A DNA stretch of 33,247 nucleotides, from contig NC_068987.1 of NCBI RefSeq assembly GCF_001194135.2, positions 34,528,364-34,561,610 on the forward strand. The letters are read 5' to 3'. How positions within the stretch are numbered: the stretch's first letter is position 1; each line of letters begins with the position of its first letter. This DNA is from Octopus bimaculoides. Taxonomy: Eukaryota. Of the stretch, positions 1 through 11,484 are shown piece after piece. A program made the translations under genes and the position numbers. The notes under the pieces were generated by a model, which had not been told where the DNA came from, ran no database searches, and saw nothing but the letters and a program-made list of their open reading frames with translations.

Positions 1-242
1 GCTTGCTCTGGTCTTCGCGTTTTGGCATTTAAGATTTTGTATATTATTGTTCTCTTTCGTGTGTTCTCTATGGTGTTTTGTGGTATGTTTAGTTGTAGGC
101 CTGAACCCTTTTTCTGTTAAGAGGGCTTTGGTCTGCTTGATCTGCTCCGGTGTGAAATGTAGAAGTGTTTTTCGTTGCTTCAATGCTTCTGCAAAATTCG
201 TGGTGGTGGTGTTGGTGGTGGTGCTGTTTGTAGTGGTGGCAG

Positions 243-292
<50 letters not shown>
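243..292. repeat. (AGAT)n microsatellite, preceded by a degenerate (GTG)n tract at ~199-238
   Basis: Direct reading of tandem AGAT units. Confidence 0.97.
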
Positions 293-293
<1 letters not shown>

Positions 294-440
294 GGGAGAG
301 TGAGATAAATAGTGGAATAGATTTGTTGGGACAGCATCTATAAAAGATCAAGTGAATCACACCATACCTATTGGTTAGAGAAAAATGACACAGGCCCGAT
401 ATATAGCCATTCTAACTGCATCGATTAAGAGGCAATCTTA

Positions 441-493
441 GACAATTTTCGCTATTTTCAAGATAAATTATAATTATTTCATTTTATAGTCTT
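441..493 (-). mobile_element. 53-bp fragment homologous to the start-codon/5'-UTR region of the mariner at 2584-3820
   Basis: Gapless hand alignment 441-493 vs 3661-3713: 47/53 identical. Confidence 0.75.
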
Positions 494-880
494 ATAGATT
501 TCCTGTTTTGTAATCCACGACTTGAATAATTTCTAATAATGAACAGAAATTAAAATTAGCTTAAGCCCAAATAAAAATGGACATATGGATTATCTATTAC
601 TGCCGCAGTTGTTTTGTTACAATGCTTTATAGTAAGATAAATATAGTACAGTCAAGTAGATGATATGCACAACATTCATAAGATTACGTAATGTGTTAAA
701 GCACTCGCAACTCAGGAGCCTTACCGAAATATGCAAGGAAGCAGTGATATGTTGTTTAATTTACACATACTTAAAGAGTGAACTTTCTAATAAGAATTAC
801 CAACATTTAGCCATTGTAATGTGGGCCGGAATAACAACGGTCAGTTATAAAGTTTCTGAACGAAATTTATACATATGTAA

Positions 881-928
881 AGGCGCAACCATGGTTTTCT
901 GGTAAGAAGCTTGCGTTCTGGGTTCAGT
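881..928 (+). mobile_element. 5' fragment of a tRNA-derived SINE head, cut off by a microsatellite
   Basis: GGTAAGAAGCTTGC...GGGTTCAGT resembles the head of the minus-strand SINE at 10110-10170 (GGTAAGAGGCTTGC...GGCTTCAGTCCC); A-box and B-box-like motifs. Confidence 0.6.
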
Positions 929-931
929 ATG

Positions 932-933
<2 letters not shown>

Positions 934-998
<65 letters not shown>
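934..998. repeat. (CA)n(TA)n compound microsatellite
   Basis: Direct reading. Confidence 0.97.
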
Positions 999-1003
<5 letters not shown>

Positions 1004-1178
1004 AAAGAAAAAATACTATTAAATAATTTAATAAAGAAGTATTTAAATCCTAGCCCCCAGAAAATAAATATATCATAAAAACTTTATTAAAAAAATCAAT
1101 AAAATACAAAAAGAGTAACTATTAAATGATATTAAATAACTACGCACGTTTCGGGGGTATATTTTCAAATAGATAATT

Positions 1179-1720
1179 NNNNNNNNNNNNNNNNNNNNNN
1201 NNNNNNNNNNNNNNNNNNNNNNNNNNNNNNNNNNNNNNNNNNNNNNNNNNNNNNNNNNNNNNNNNNNNNNNNNNNNNNNNNNNNNNNNNNNNNNNNNNNN
1301 NNNNNNNNNNNNNNNNNNNNNNNNNNNNNNNNNNNNNNNNNNNNNNNNNNNNNNNNNNNNNNNNNNNNNNNNNNNNNNNNNNNNNNNNNNNNNNNNNNNN
1401 NNNNNNNNNNNNNNNNNNNNNNNNNNNNNNNNNNNNNNNNNNNNNNNNNNNNNNNNNNNNNNNNNNNNNNNNNNNNNNNNNNNNNNNNNNNNNNNNNNNN
1501 NNNNNNNNNNNNNNNNNNNNNNNNNNNNNNNNNNNNNNNNNNNNNNNNNNNNNNNNNNNNNNNNNNNNNNNNNNNNNNNNNNNNNNNNNNNNNNNNNNNN
1601 NNNNNNNNNNNNNNNNNNNNNNNNNNNNNNNNNNNNNNNNNNNNNNNNNNNNNNNNNNNNNNNNNNNNNNNNNNNNNNNNNNNNNNNNNNNNNNNNNNNN
1701 NNNNNNNNNNNNNNNNNNNN
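1179..1720. other. Assembly gap (542 N)
   Basis: Run of N; (TA)n on the right side. Confidence 1.
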
Positions 1721-1721
1721 N

Positions 1722-1771
<50 letters not shown>

Positions 1772-2039
1772 ACCTATATACATATACATACCTATATGCG
1801 TGTGTGTATGTGTGTAACGGAAAACTGCATTTGTCTTTGTGACTAAATGCGATTAAAGGTGTCAGGACACGTACATTGCTAGGAAAAATAGCTAAAATGC
1901 TCTAATGCTGTAGGAAAGGCACATACTCTTACATATATTTGCTCAAAGGAACTGAAATTACACAACTCATATGCAAATACACACTCACACATATATGTAT
2001 ATATCTTAGTGGGTCGTGAATTTGTGATCCCCGTCTACT

Positions 2040-2330
2040 ATTCCTTTTTATCATCTATACCATATTTTTTAGTTCTTGGTTAAAGCATCCAGTGTCTTCA
2101 AGGAATTCATGAACATATATTTTCTCCTGATTTACGTCATCTATATTTAGCATTTAGTGGCTGCATAGAAGAAATTCAGTTTAGATTTCATCCATTTTAC
2201 ATCAGCAGTAACATTTTATTTTATACCATCGTCTAGTCTCTGTGATATATAGGATTTCTTGCTATAGCTATTTGTTAGTTATGTCTTGACAGCATGAGAT
2301 ATTTAGAACATCCCGGAGCATTCCGGTGTA
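2040..2330 (-). mobile_element. Possible highly decayed non-LTR retrotransposon C-terminal fragment
   Basis: Minus-strand translation gives C.YC*C..DE..EFLLC (CCHC-like) then N...I.VHEFLEDTGCF, resembling LINE ORF2 C-termini; many stops. Confidence 0.3.
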
Positions 2331-2583
2331 CTTGACAGTTAGATTCTGTTCACGAGATTTGTAAAGTATAGAGTAAAATTTATTCAAATGGTGTTCTTAA
2401 AAATTCTACTTTAGGTCTTTCTCAGAGGATAACGTTTCTATGTTATCCAAAAATAAATCTAAGCTATTTAGAGCTCTCTTCTAAATTAACGTTTTCATTA
2501 CTTACAGTGCCATATATATACATATGTTGTGTGTCTGTCTGTCTGTTTGTCTGTGTACATACACACATAAACAAGCACAAACA

Positions 2584-3820
2584 TGAGGGTCAGTTGAAAA
2601 CTTCAAAGGCTGTCCAAGTTACATTTGGGGAATGTGACCAAAGGAGGTTTATTTTTCAGTATAATTCTCTCTGCTGTCGGTACACTTCTTAAATCGGTGT
2701 TGCAATACATGAATCCCATTGGTGTAGATCCTTTCATCCTGTTGGTCAAAACAAGGATCAATAGCAGATGCAACGTGATCTTCATCGCAATGTGTTTTTT
2801 ACGCTGGGGAATAGATGAGAGTAAGATGTGGCCAACTATGGTGAATTGAGAGGGTGATCAACCCCACAGTCACACACAGCAGACACAAGACCTTAGGTAC
2901 TGGAGCATTGTTCTGATGAAAAAAGGCCGTTTCCATCAGTTCCTTCTCCGTTTTGTTTTGGCAGACTTTCGTAACTGCCTTAGCAAATTAAGTTGGTATA
3001 GCATTCTCCATTGATGGTTTAACCCATTTGAAGAAAATCAACAACCAGAATGCCTTTAGTAACGCAAAAATGTGAGGCCATCACCTACACAGTAGATGGA
3101 ACGTAGTCGGCCTTCTAAACAACAGGGGTGGCGGGGTGTTTCCATTGCGTCGATTGCCTTATTATTTCTTGCTCAGAGTGATGAAACGAACACGCAACCT
3201 GGGTTAGGAAACCGTTATGTAAACCAACTGGATTGCCTCAAACAATGTCAGATTTACCTATGATGTGTTTATTTTGGTGCCCTTTGAATGATGTCTGAAA
3301 AGACGTTACACACTCCGAGCAGAAATCTTCGCCAGGCCAAAATCACTGTGCAAAATATTCTCAAATCTCTCATAGGATATGCAAATAGCATTGGCTATTT
3401 GATTTTGTAGTCAACAACTTTCATCCATTAGAATACATTGAACACGATCAATGTTTTCCGTGGTGGTGGAAGTTCCAAGACTTACAGGCCTTAGGTAATC
3501 TTCAAGACGCAAGACTCTTTGTAGCTCTAATAAAATTTAGCTGTTCATATTAACTTTGTTGATAAAACTGGAGCTTCATCCGGTTCTGTAGCAACTTTAC
3601 CAGCATAAATGCCCTTCGGGTAAACACACTTTTCCTGCAAGCGCTTGATAACACTACGTAGCCAATCTTCGCCATTTTCAAAAGAAATGATAATTATTTC
3701 ATTTTATAGTCTTCTTGGAACAGTTAGATGTTAGCTTACTTGGAAAGTAGAATTTAACAGGTAGAATGTAATATAACATTTCATAGCTATCACTCCTTAA
3801 TACTTAGTTTTTGGTCCTCA
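2584..3820 (-). mobile_element. Decayed near-full-length Tc1/mariner DNA transposon (~1.24 kb)
   Basis: Transposase relic 3675->2649; candidate left TIR TGAGGGTCAGTTGAAAACTT at 2584; only a weak degenerate right TIR near 3805-3820; TA target duplication not evident. Confidence 0.9.
2649..3675 (-). pseudogene. Mariner transposase pseudogene (~340 codons, stops and frameshifts)
   Basis: MAKIGY..VIKRLQEK N-terminus; ENIDRV..NQIANAICIS HTH; KISARSV (SARWVP-like); RQSTQWKHP; KGILVVDFLQMG.TINGECY; FHQNNAP (second catalytic D to N); DHPLNSP*LATSY (YSPDLAPSD-like); C-terminus FDQQDERIYTNGIHVLQHRFKKCTDSRENYTEK*. Confidence 0.93.
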
Positions 3821-3923
3821 GTCCACCTGCGTGGGTGTATGTGTGTGTATACTTAGGTATATGTATGAGAACTTTTCTTTCTCTCTCTCTCTCTCCCTCC
3901 CTCCCTCTCTCTCTCTCTCTCTC

Positions 3924-4157
3924 NNNNNNNNNNNNNNNNNNNNNNNNNNNNNNNNNNNNNNNNNNNNNNNNNNNNNNNNNNNNNNNNNNNNNNNNNNNNN
4001 NNNNNNNNNNNNNNNNNNNNNNNNNNNNNNNNNNNNNNNNNNNNNNNNNNNNNNNNNNNNNNNNNNNNNNNNNNNNNNNNNNNNNNNNNNNNNNNNNNNN
4101 NNNNNNNNNNNNNNNNNNNNNNNNNNNNNNNNNNNNNNNNNNNNNNNNNNNNNNNNN
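3924..4157. other. Assembly gap (234 N) adjacent to (CT)n 3879-3923
   Basis: Run of N. Confidence 1.
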
Positions 4158-4314
4158 TATATATATACATATATAGTAAGAAATGGGAGGAAGAGAATTT
4201 CGATTATCGCCGGGTGGAGGGTTGTAATGCAAAAAGAATATATATAATAAAAGAAGGAAAATGCACACAGTTTACATAGTTTGAATATATTTTTAATGAA
4301 AGCGTACTGTATTT

Positions 4315-4344
4315 GTCGACCGATTTCGCTTTCGCTAATCACGG
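4315..4344 (-). ncRNA. Degenerate minimal hammerhead-like motif in the PLE-A 3' region
   Basis: Minus strand CCGTGATTA-GC-GAAA-GC-GAAA-TCG-GTC-GAC: 2-bp stem II with GAAA loop, GAAA core, GUC triplet; CUGAUGA box damaged and stem I poor. Confidence 0.4.
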
Positions 4345-4594
4345 TATTGAAGTGATTGTGTCGTAATATTTTCGTAAGACGTTTTTAGTTCATATTCTTG
4401 TATGAAAGTGTGTGAAAAAATCTAAGTGAAGGTAATTGTTGAAAGTTAGTATTCAGGACAGATGAGGTAATCGCTCAATTTGGAGTGGGATAAATAGACA
4501 CAACAAAATCTCATGAGCTAAAGAACTGAGATGAAAATATGTACAGTGATATACATGCGATCATGGATAAGATGTAGATTGAAATCAAAGTTGG

Positions 4595-4985
4595 TTATGC
4601 GTTCATATTTAAGTGTGTTCTGTAATTTTCGATGAATAAATTTTCTTCATTTAAACGTTCCTGTATAGTAATTATTTCTACGCAGTGGGGAAATTGTGAA
4701 ATTTGGTTGGCGATTCCCTGCAAATTATCTATATGTCCACGCAAGTGTATCACTCTATACCTTGGGAATCGGATGTGTATCTTATGTAGCGTGGTTCGCT
4801 TCTAAGTGATTACTTGTCAGTCCTATATATTTGTGTCCACAACCTGAACAAGTTACAATATAAATTACATTCTCGGATGCACAAGTGAAGTTGGTCTGAA
4901 CTGTGAATATCTCTCCCTGTTTGAATTCTAATTCCGAGCCTTCCAGTGTTTTGGGACATGTTCCACTGTCTGCACGTCCACATAT
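4595..4985 (-). pseudogene. GIY-YIG endonuclease relic of PLE-A
   Basis: NVIYIVTC.GCG..YIG.T, then R..LH..HI and a C-terminal ERLNEENLFI...HLNMNA*; frameshifted. Confidence 0.9.
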
Positions 4986-6259
4986 TTTTCATTAATGGTT
5001 TCATGGTAGTTGTGTATAGCTTTGCATTTGTCAGTAGTTTTTTTCAGCAATTTGGGTTGCTTTTAACATTGGTGTAAAGATTAACAACGAAAGAAACCAT
5101 TAGTGTCTCTTCATCAACTGATTTTGATAGGTTGTTCACCATATGTAGATCGTCTCTAACTAGCGTTTTAATGTATTTCAACAAGGGCTTCAGTTGTCTA
5201 GAAAGTTGCTTAAGAGGTAGTTTTCACAGGCTCCGCCAGGTATAATGGGCCTTACCTTCCAATCTTCTCACGCTAGGATATTTATGCGTGTGCTTGGTGA
5301 TTGTTTGCAGAATTTAATGATTATCTGGTACTTGTGTATTTCAGGTAAACCGTAGAATAGACTAGGTTTGCATTTAAAATTCGTGACGCAATCTATTTCG
5401 TTTTCTGCCAGGCATTTCCCATGTAGATAAAATAAGGTTTCAAGATTTTTCATTGTTTTTTTTTTCTTCTTTTTTATAATTAGAACTTTTTGTTGATTGT
5501 CGGTTCTTTGTCGGTTTGCAGTTCAGGTAGATTTTACTTTCCTAAATTATGGAAATTATTTGGGAAATTTTGGATATGGTCACAGAAGTCATGTAGTGGT
5601 TTATTCCTACCATTAGGTGGAAGTTAATTGCTTCTGTTTTTAACCAGTGATTCATCCTTGTTGCTGCAGTCGGTTAGTTCTTTTGTAATGGGTAATTTTC
5701 TGCAGAATTCCGAAATATTCTCTTTAAATTCATTCCTGTTAGATATTCATGGGGTAGGGTTAAATTTTAATCCTTTAGTTAGTATACTAAGTTTTATTGC
5801 AGACAGAGGTTTCTTTGATAAGTTTATTACTTTGGGTTTCTCCGGTGTATGTTTTGTTCCAACGTGTGTCTCTCTTTCTCTCCACTCGGTCTAAAATGTG
5901 TTTCACGTAATTTTATTGTTAGAAATTGTCAGTGTTATTAATTATATTTGCAATGCTGGGGGGTATAATTTGTTGTCTTAGTAAACTTGATGGGATACCG
6001 TGGGTATAGTTTCTCCGTTCAGGGATAGAAGTAGTCCCCTAGGTATTACTGATTACTGGAGAGAAACTATTACTCATAACTCTAGGTGCGCTTGTTCTAG
6101 TTTTTATCATTTGCGAGTTGCCCCTATTTCTAGTTTGAGAACGATTTACTTCTAAGTGAGAACTTAGTTGTAATTCTTCTAGATCTTTTGAGGAACGGGT
6201 TATCTGAACTGTATTCTCTTTTAAACTGAGTTAGAAATTAACGAAAAAGACTAAAACTA

Positions 6260-6262
<3 letters not shown>

Positions 6263-6300
<38 letters not shown>
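6263..6300. repeat. (CA)n microsatellite
   Basis: Direct reading. Confidence 0.97.
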
Positions 6301-6305
<5 letters not shown>

Positions 6306-6322
6306 GTATGTGTGTTTTATAT

Positions 6323-6445
6323 TTGGAAGAGTGTAACCTCGAAACGTTGTAGACTTTTTGACTTCCCGAACGTTAAATTAATACATATGGTTGTTGCCTA
6401 CACTACCTATCTACGTCTTTTGTTTTTTTTTCTAAATTCTGTATA
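6323..6445 (+). mobile_element. PLE-type 3'-end module with hammerhead-like motif, inverted relative to PLE-A
   Basis: TGGAAGA-G-tgtaacct-C-GAAA-CGTT followed by a T-rich tail and (TA)n; CUGA box not intact; family identity partly from recall of cephalopod repeats. Confidence 0.45.
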
Positions 6446-6707
6446 TATATATATATATTTATATATTTTCATATGATGAGTTAGAAGTTGTGCAAGCGTC
6501 GATGGGATAAACGTATCCGTAGGCACTATTGCTGTACTACCTCTGTATAGATCTTGCAGTAAGGCTAATGCTAGCTGCTAATTTAAAGGGTAAACCGTGG
6601 TGTAATATATTCAAATAAGATGAGAGACGAACTGGAACAACATGTAACAATTAGAAGTTGATCATTAGTATTGAACGATCATAAATTACTTTCTTCTCTT
6701 ATCTTAT

Positions 6708-6882
<175 letters not shown>

Positions 6883-7539
6883 GAAGATATTCAATATCGG
6901 TTACATATATGAGTAATCATTTCATCGAACATAAACTAGATAGCTTCTTCATGTATGTATTTTTGTTTATGTATTAAATTAAGTAGTTGTGTGTCACCAC
7001 ATGTGCATCTGTGTGTGCGTGTATGTGTGTGTGTGTGTTCCTATTTTCTCGCTAAAATCAAGGAATCATGAGTATCTTTTCTGGTTCGTTCTCATGCAGA
7101 AAGCTCCCTTCCTACAGTGACAGAGACACGGAAGGGGAAGTAATGTTACGTCGGATAAAGGAGATAAGATATTTACATTTAAGTAGATTACTTGAAATTC
7201 TACAGGGACCAATGTATGTTGATGACTAATAAAAAAGTATTTACAGACAACAACTGTGAGAAATCAAAGCTTGGTAAGAGTGTGGCAGATAGACTGATAA
7301 ACACATAAAGGAAAATGCACAGAGAGAGGGAAAGAGGGATAAACAGATATAGAATGATAGGGAAGGAATGAAAAAGTGATGAGGAAAAATGAGAGTGTGT
7401 CACAGTCATAAAGATGTTTCTTAAAAAAAATGATCAAATCTAAAGAGAAAATGTAGAGATAGTCAGGGGAAATATATCAAGAAATAGCTTTGCTAAAATT
7501 GTAATAATATGAAGTGATATATGAGATCACACTAACCAA

Positions 7540-7690
7540 ATCAATAATAATAATAATGATGATAATAACGATGAGTTGGATAATGATTATCGTAATGATG
7601 ATGATAATGATGATGATGGAAATGATGATGATGGTGATGATAATGGTGGTGGTGGTGATCATGATGATAATAATAATAATTATAATGAAA
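7540..7690. repeat. Compound trinucleotide tract (ATA/ATG/GTG)n
   Basis: Direct reading; source of the poly-I/M/D pseudo-ORFs. Confidence 0.95.
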
Positions 7691-8535
7691 TTCTTAAGCA
7701 GGAATGGAAAAAAGGGCAAAGCAATAAACATCTACATGGATTGGCATTCCGAAAAAAAAAATCATTATAAAATTCATTAAAATGAAAATACGAATAAATA
7801 TCTGACACGCGAAAAAATACTTAAAACATGAAGAAACAAATGATAGAAATTTAAAAGAAAATGAAACTACAACAAATGGAAATGTATGTAGAAATTATAG
7901 GAAAAAAACTGCAAAGGAAACGTGAGAGAAGCAAGAGATAAGAAAATATCGTAAAACGAATTAAAATTTAAACATAACGTTAAAAAAAAATGATGAGAAA
8001 ATGCAAGAAACATAGTGTGGTAATGTAATTGTAAAATAGCATAGAAAATAAAAATAGCGATCACCGAAATATAACAAATACATACAGAAGAAATGATGGA
8101 ATTATAACAGATGATGTCCATTAAGAGATTAAGGAAAGAAGTGGATGTTGAGAAGATGAAGAATATTGTTAATACAAAAAAAAAAGAAAAAAAACTGAAT
8201 GGTAAACAAGAAATAAACGACAGAACGAATCAGATCCAACATGGAGGTCACCTTAAAGTGTTTCCGTCTCTATGAAACACTGTGATAAAACTTGACTGGC
8301 AAACAGAGATATCGTTTGTCAAAATAATAACGTTAGTAAAGGAAAAAAGTACCTGAAGCGGAACGATGGCTTTCAGTATATTGAAATATGAGGCATAGCT
8401 TTAAATAAATATACAATTTAAACGTCACTTGGAAGAAGGAAACAATGTTGTTACCCAATGAGCAACACACACACATAGTTAGATAAAGAGAATGGTGCCT
8501 ATCTATATATATATATATACATATATATACATATA

Positions 8536-8545
8536 NNNNNNNNNN
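8536..8545. other. Assembly gap (10 N) inside (TA)n/(TACA)n low-complexity 8500-8700
   Basis: Run of N. Confidence 1.
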
Positions 8546-9714
8546 ATATATATAATACATACAATATATATATGAATATATACATACATAAGCACATATG
8601 TATATGTATATATATATATATATATATATTAATACAAATGATATATGAGCATATGCATGTATACATACATATATGTACATACATCTTCATGTATATATAG
8701 ATGCATATCCGGGTACAGAACGTCACAAAATGTACACAACATGAAATACGAAGTCAAACTTCAGTATGCAAACAACGAGAGAATTAGATCGAAAACAAGA
8801 CAAATAACATAAAGAACGAGCCTTCATCAGTTGCCAGCTGTCTATCTATCCTCATTTCGAACATTTAACGACAATGTTAGTTGAGCGCTGATACTTCCAA
8901 TTTGTCTTTATCGGACATGGATTTTGTACTAGTACCGGACAAGGATTCTGGATTTTTGTTATATTTACCTTACTTTACATGATGTATTACGATCTTACGT
9001 TCACTTTCAAGCCTTTTTCTGATTAACACCGTTGAAAGCATGCTCATGATCTCCACGTAAATTATGGTGGCGTTGCTGTTTCCAAAGTTTTATTTTCGTT
9101 TCTCTATTATTAATTTTACTAGCGTCTCTATCTTGGTAGAATCTGACGAATGAATAAATCAAACTACATAAACAAACGGCAGCAAAACCGTTCAGACATT
9201 AAATAATACTAACTTTTCCAGTAATAAATCGGTTTCATTTCCCTTCTTGCTCTTTCTCACTAAGTCTTTGTGTATGTATATATGTGTGCGCGAATGCATT
9301 TATGTCTCTGAGTATATGTTTGTGTTTATGTATGAGCATGTTCGTTTTGTGTGTGTGTGTCACTGTGTACTTGGTAGCCACATCTCTAAAAGTTGATTTG
9401 TATCTAAAAGGTGATTCAGATAGGAACTTCAAATTCTTGATTTCGTTTTCGACTTACAAAAAGAATGCATTGATAAGGAGAAAGCATTTTCGATTATCAC
9501 TCTGTTCTACGAAACCTCATCTTTATTAATAGTCCAATTTTGCATGCTTTGAATGCCTTCCAAAACTCGTAAATAGTAACTAAAATATACTCACCTGTTG
9601 TTTTTGGATGTAGGACCAGACACATATATATTGCTTTGACAAAGGCTAAATGACCATAAATTCTACTATACCATTTGCATACCCCAGTTACAAGGACTGT
9701 ACATCCTCTATGTC

Positions 9715-10170
9715 TTATCTGTTACTTGATTTAGTCATTTGACTGCGGCCATGAATCGAAGGGTTTTGGTTGAACAAATCAACCCCGTGAATTTTTCGTT
9801 TAAGCCTTGTACTTATTTTATTTTTATCCTTTGCCGAACCGCCAGGTTGCAGGTACGTAAACACAACAAAACTGGTTGTCAAGCAGTGGTGGGAGGAGAA
9901 ACACAGACACAAAGACACGATCAAACACGCACACACAAACACACACGCGCATTACATATACACACACACGATCACACACGCACATAGCCCTCTATATATG
10001 TATATATGTATATATACGACGGGTTTCTTTCAGTTTCCGCTTACCCCATCCACTCACAAGGCTTTCGTCTTTTCGAGGTTATAGTAAAAGAGACACATTG
10101 TAGATGCGACGTGGTGGGACTGAAGCCGAAACTGTGTGGATGGGAAGCAAGCCTCTTACCACACAGCGAC
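9715..10170 (-). mobile_element. Full-length tRNA-derived SINE: head, body, internal (TA)/(TG) tract and LINE-like 3' tail
   Basis: Head GCTGTGTGGTAAGAGGCTTGC...GGCTTCAGTCCCACC (A and B boxes, 10170-10115); body GTGAGTGGATGGGGTAAGCGGAAACTGAAAGAAACCCGTC; tail CATGGCCGCAGTCAAATGACTAAATCAAGTAAC; matches my recollection of an abundant octopus SINE, exact family not assignable. Confidence 0.85.
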
Positions 10171-10202
10171 CAATGAGTTACCCACATTTCGCTATCCTGA
10201 TG

Positions 10203-10203
<1 letters not shown>

Positions 10204-10271
<68 letters not shown>
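10204..10271. repeat. (CA)n microsatellite
   Basis: Direct reading. Confidence 0.97.
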
Positions 10272-10274
<3 letters not shown>

Positions 10275-11484
10275 ATATCTACGGTAAGAAGTAATCCACA
10301 TAGACCAGAATTGTTTTTTATATAACTATTAGTTGTTTGCCAAAGTATTAAATTTCTGCGTAGATGAACTTACTAATTTTGATTGCTGAATAAATTGAAA
10401 TATTCCAAGAATGTTGTTACAATTAAATCATATACTGCTATGCATGTTTCAGTCGAACGTATTTTCCATAATTAAAAACATATCTGTTAAACGCAAAATA
10501 GAGACACGAGGGTTTCTTCGAGGTTATTCAGCGTATGCAAATTCTGCGGTTTAACATTTTTAGAATAGCAGCATCGTATTATATTTCAAATACAACGACG
10601 CATTATACTACTCGTATATTATTATGTTATAAAATACGGTATGGGCATGAAGTAAACAATCCAATGCACCATGCTGTTGATAACCATCAGAAAATAATAT
10701 GTTTCATTTTTCTGGAGCATGGAACGTAGTAACAGCTTCATTGGTTTGCTATATTCGAAGGCTGTTTCAATATACTTGTTGTGCAGTATGAAATATAAAG
10801 ATAGTAATTTATATATGTTTCTATGGCATAGAATCGAATTTCTATATAGAAATAACACATCGCTGTGTTTCGATCAATATTTAGAAATCACTCTCAGAGA
10901 AGAAAGTTATTCAGGCGCAAAGATTAGCAAACGCATATACAGTAACATAATGCATACGGGAAACTTCAAATATCTAGAATCTCCACGGCAATGAATGTAT
11001 TGAAAACTGAAATAATCTTTCACAAAGGATCTTCCGAAGCCTATTCCAAATATTTTATCCATCTATAGTAAAATGAACATATGATGTGCAGATCGGATTG
11101 AAGTGTGTGGTTGATGTGGAGTGTGAGATTCTCTCGCTTATTCAATCTTATTTTGCTTCTTATCTAAGCTGTGGCGAAGAAGGATATAAATAGGGACACA
11201 GGGAGTAGATGACCAGGATTTCAATAACCCGACGACTGCTGAGAGGGAGAATTTTACTGTTCGATCGATTGATGATTCCGTCCAAACAAGTAAACAGAGT
11301 CAGTGTTTACATACAATTGTTATCATACATAATGACTTAACTCAAAATATAAAATGTGAACTTCTGCTTCAAAGCATTTCGAAAACTAAGGGGAGGATGC
11401 AAGCTTAAGGCATTTAGACTTTACATCTTTGTACACAAACCCTCCCCTTATGTGTAGTATTTGTATATATATATATATATATAT

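Larger units (their letters stand above)
4300..6230 (-). mobile_element. Penelope-like retroelement PLE-A (RT then GIY-YIG), internally deleted and decayed
   Basis: KVINLSKKPLS..LSILTKGLKFNPTP (~5830-5751); FYGLPEIHK (5360-5329); VRPII; LMVSF.VVNLYTNV (5104-5066); jump to thumb end KQP..KKLLTNAKL; Cys linker CGRADSGTCP; NFTCASENVIYIVTCSGCGHKYIGLT (GIY-YIG); stop at 4597-4595. Confidence 0.93.

Noticed and set aside
1-200. Open minus-strand frame NFAEALKQRKTLLHFTPEQIKQ...
   Set aside because: It runs off the window edge and has no recognisable motif; it cannot be assigned to a gene or TE.
8760-8880. CTGATGA on the minus strand at 8830-8824 as a hammerhead
   Set aside because: No stem II or GAAA follows; probably a fragment of a dispersed repeat.
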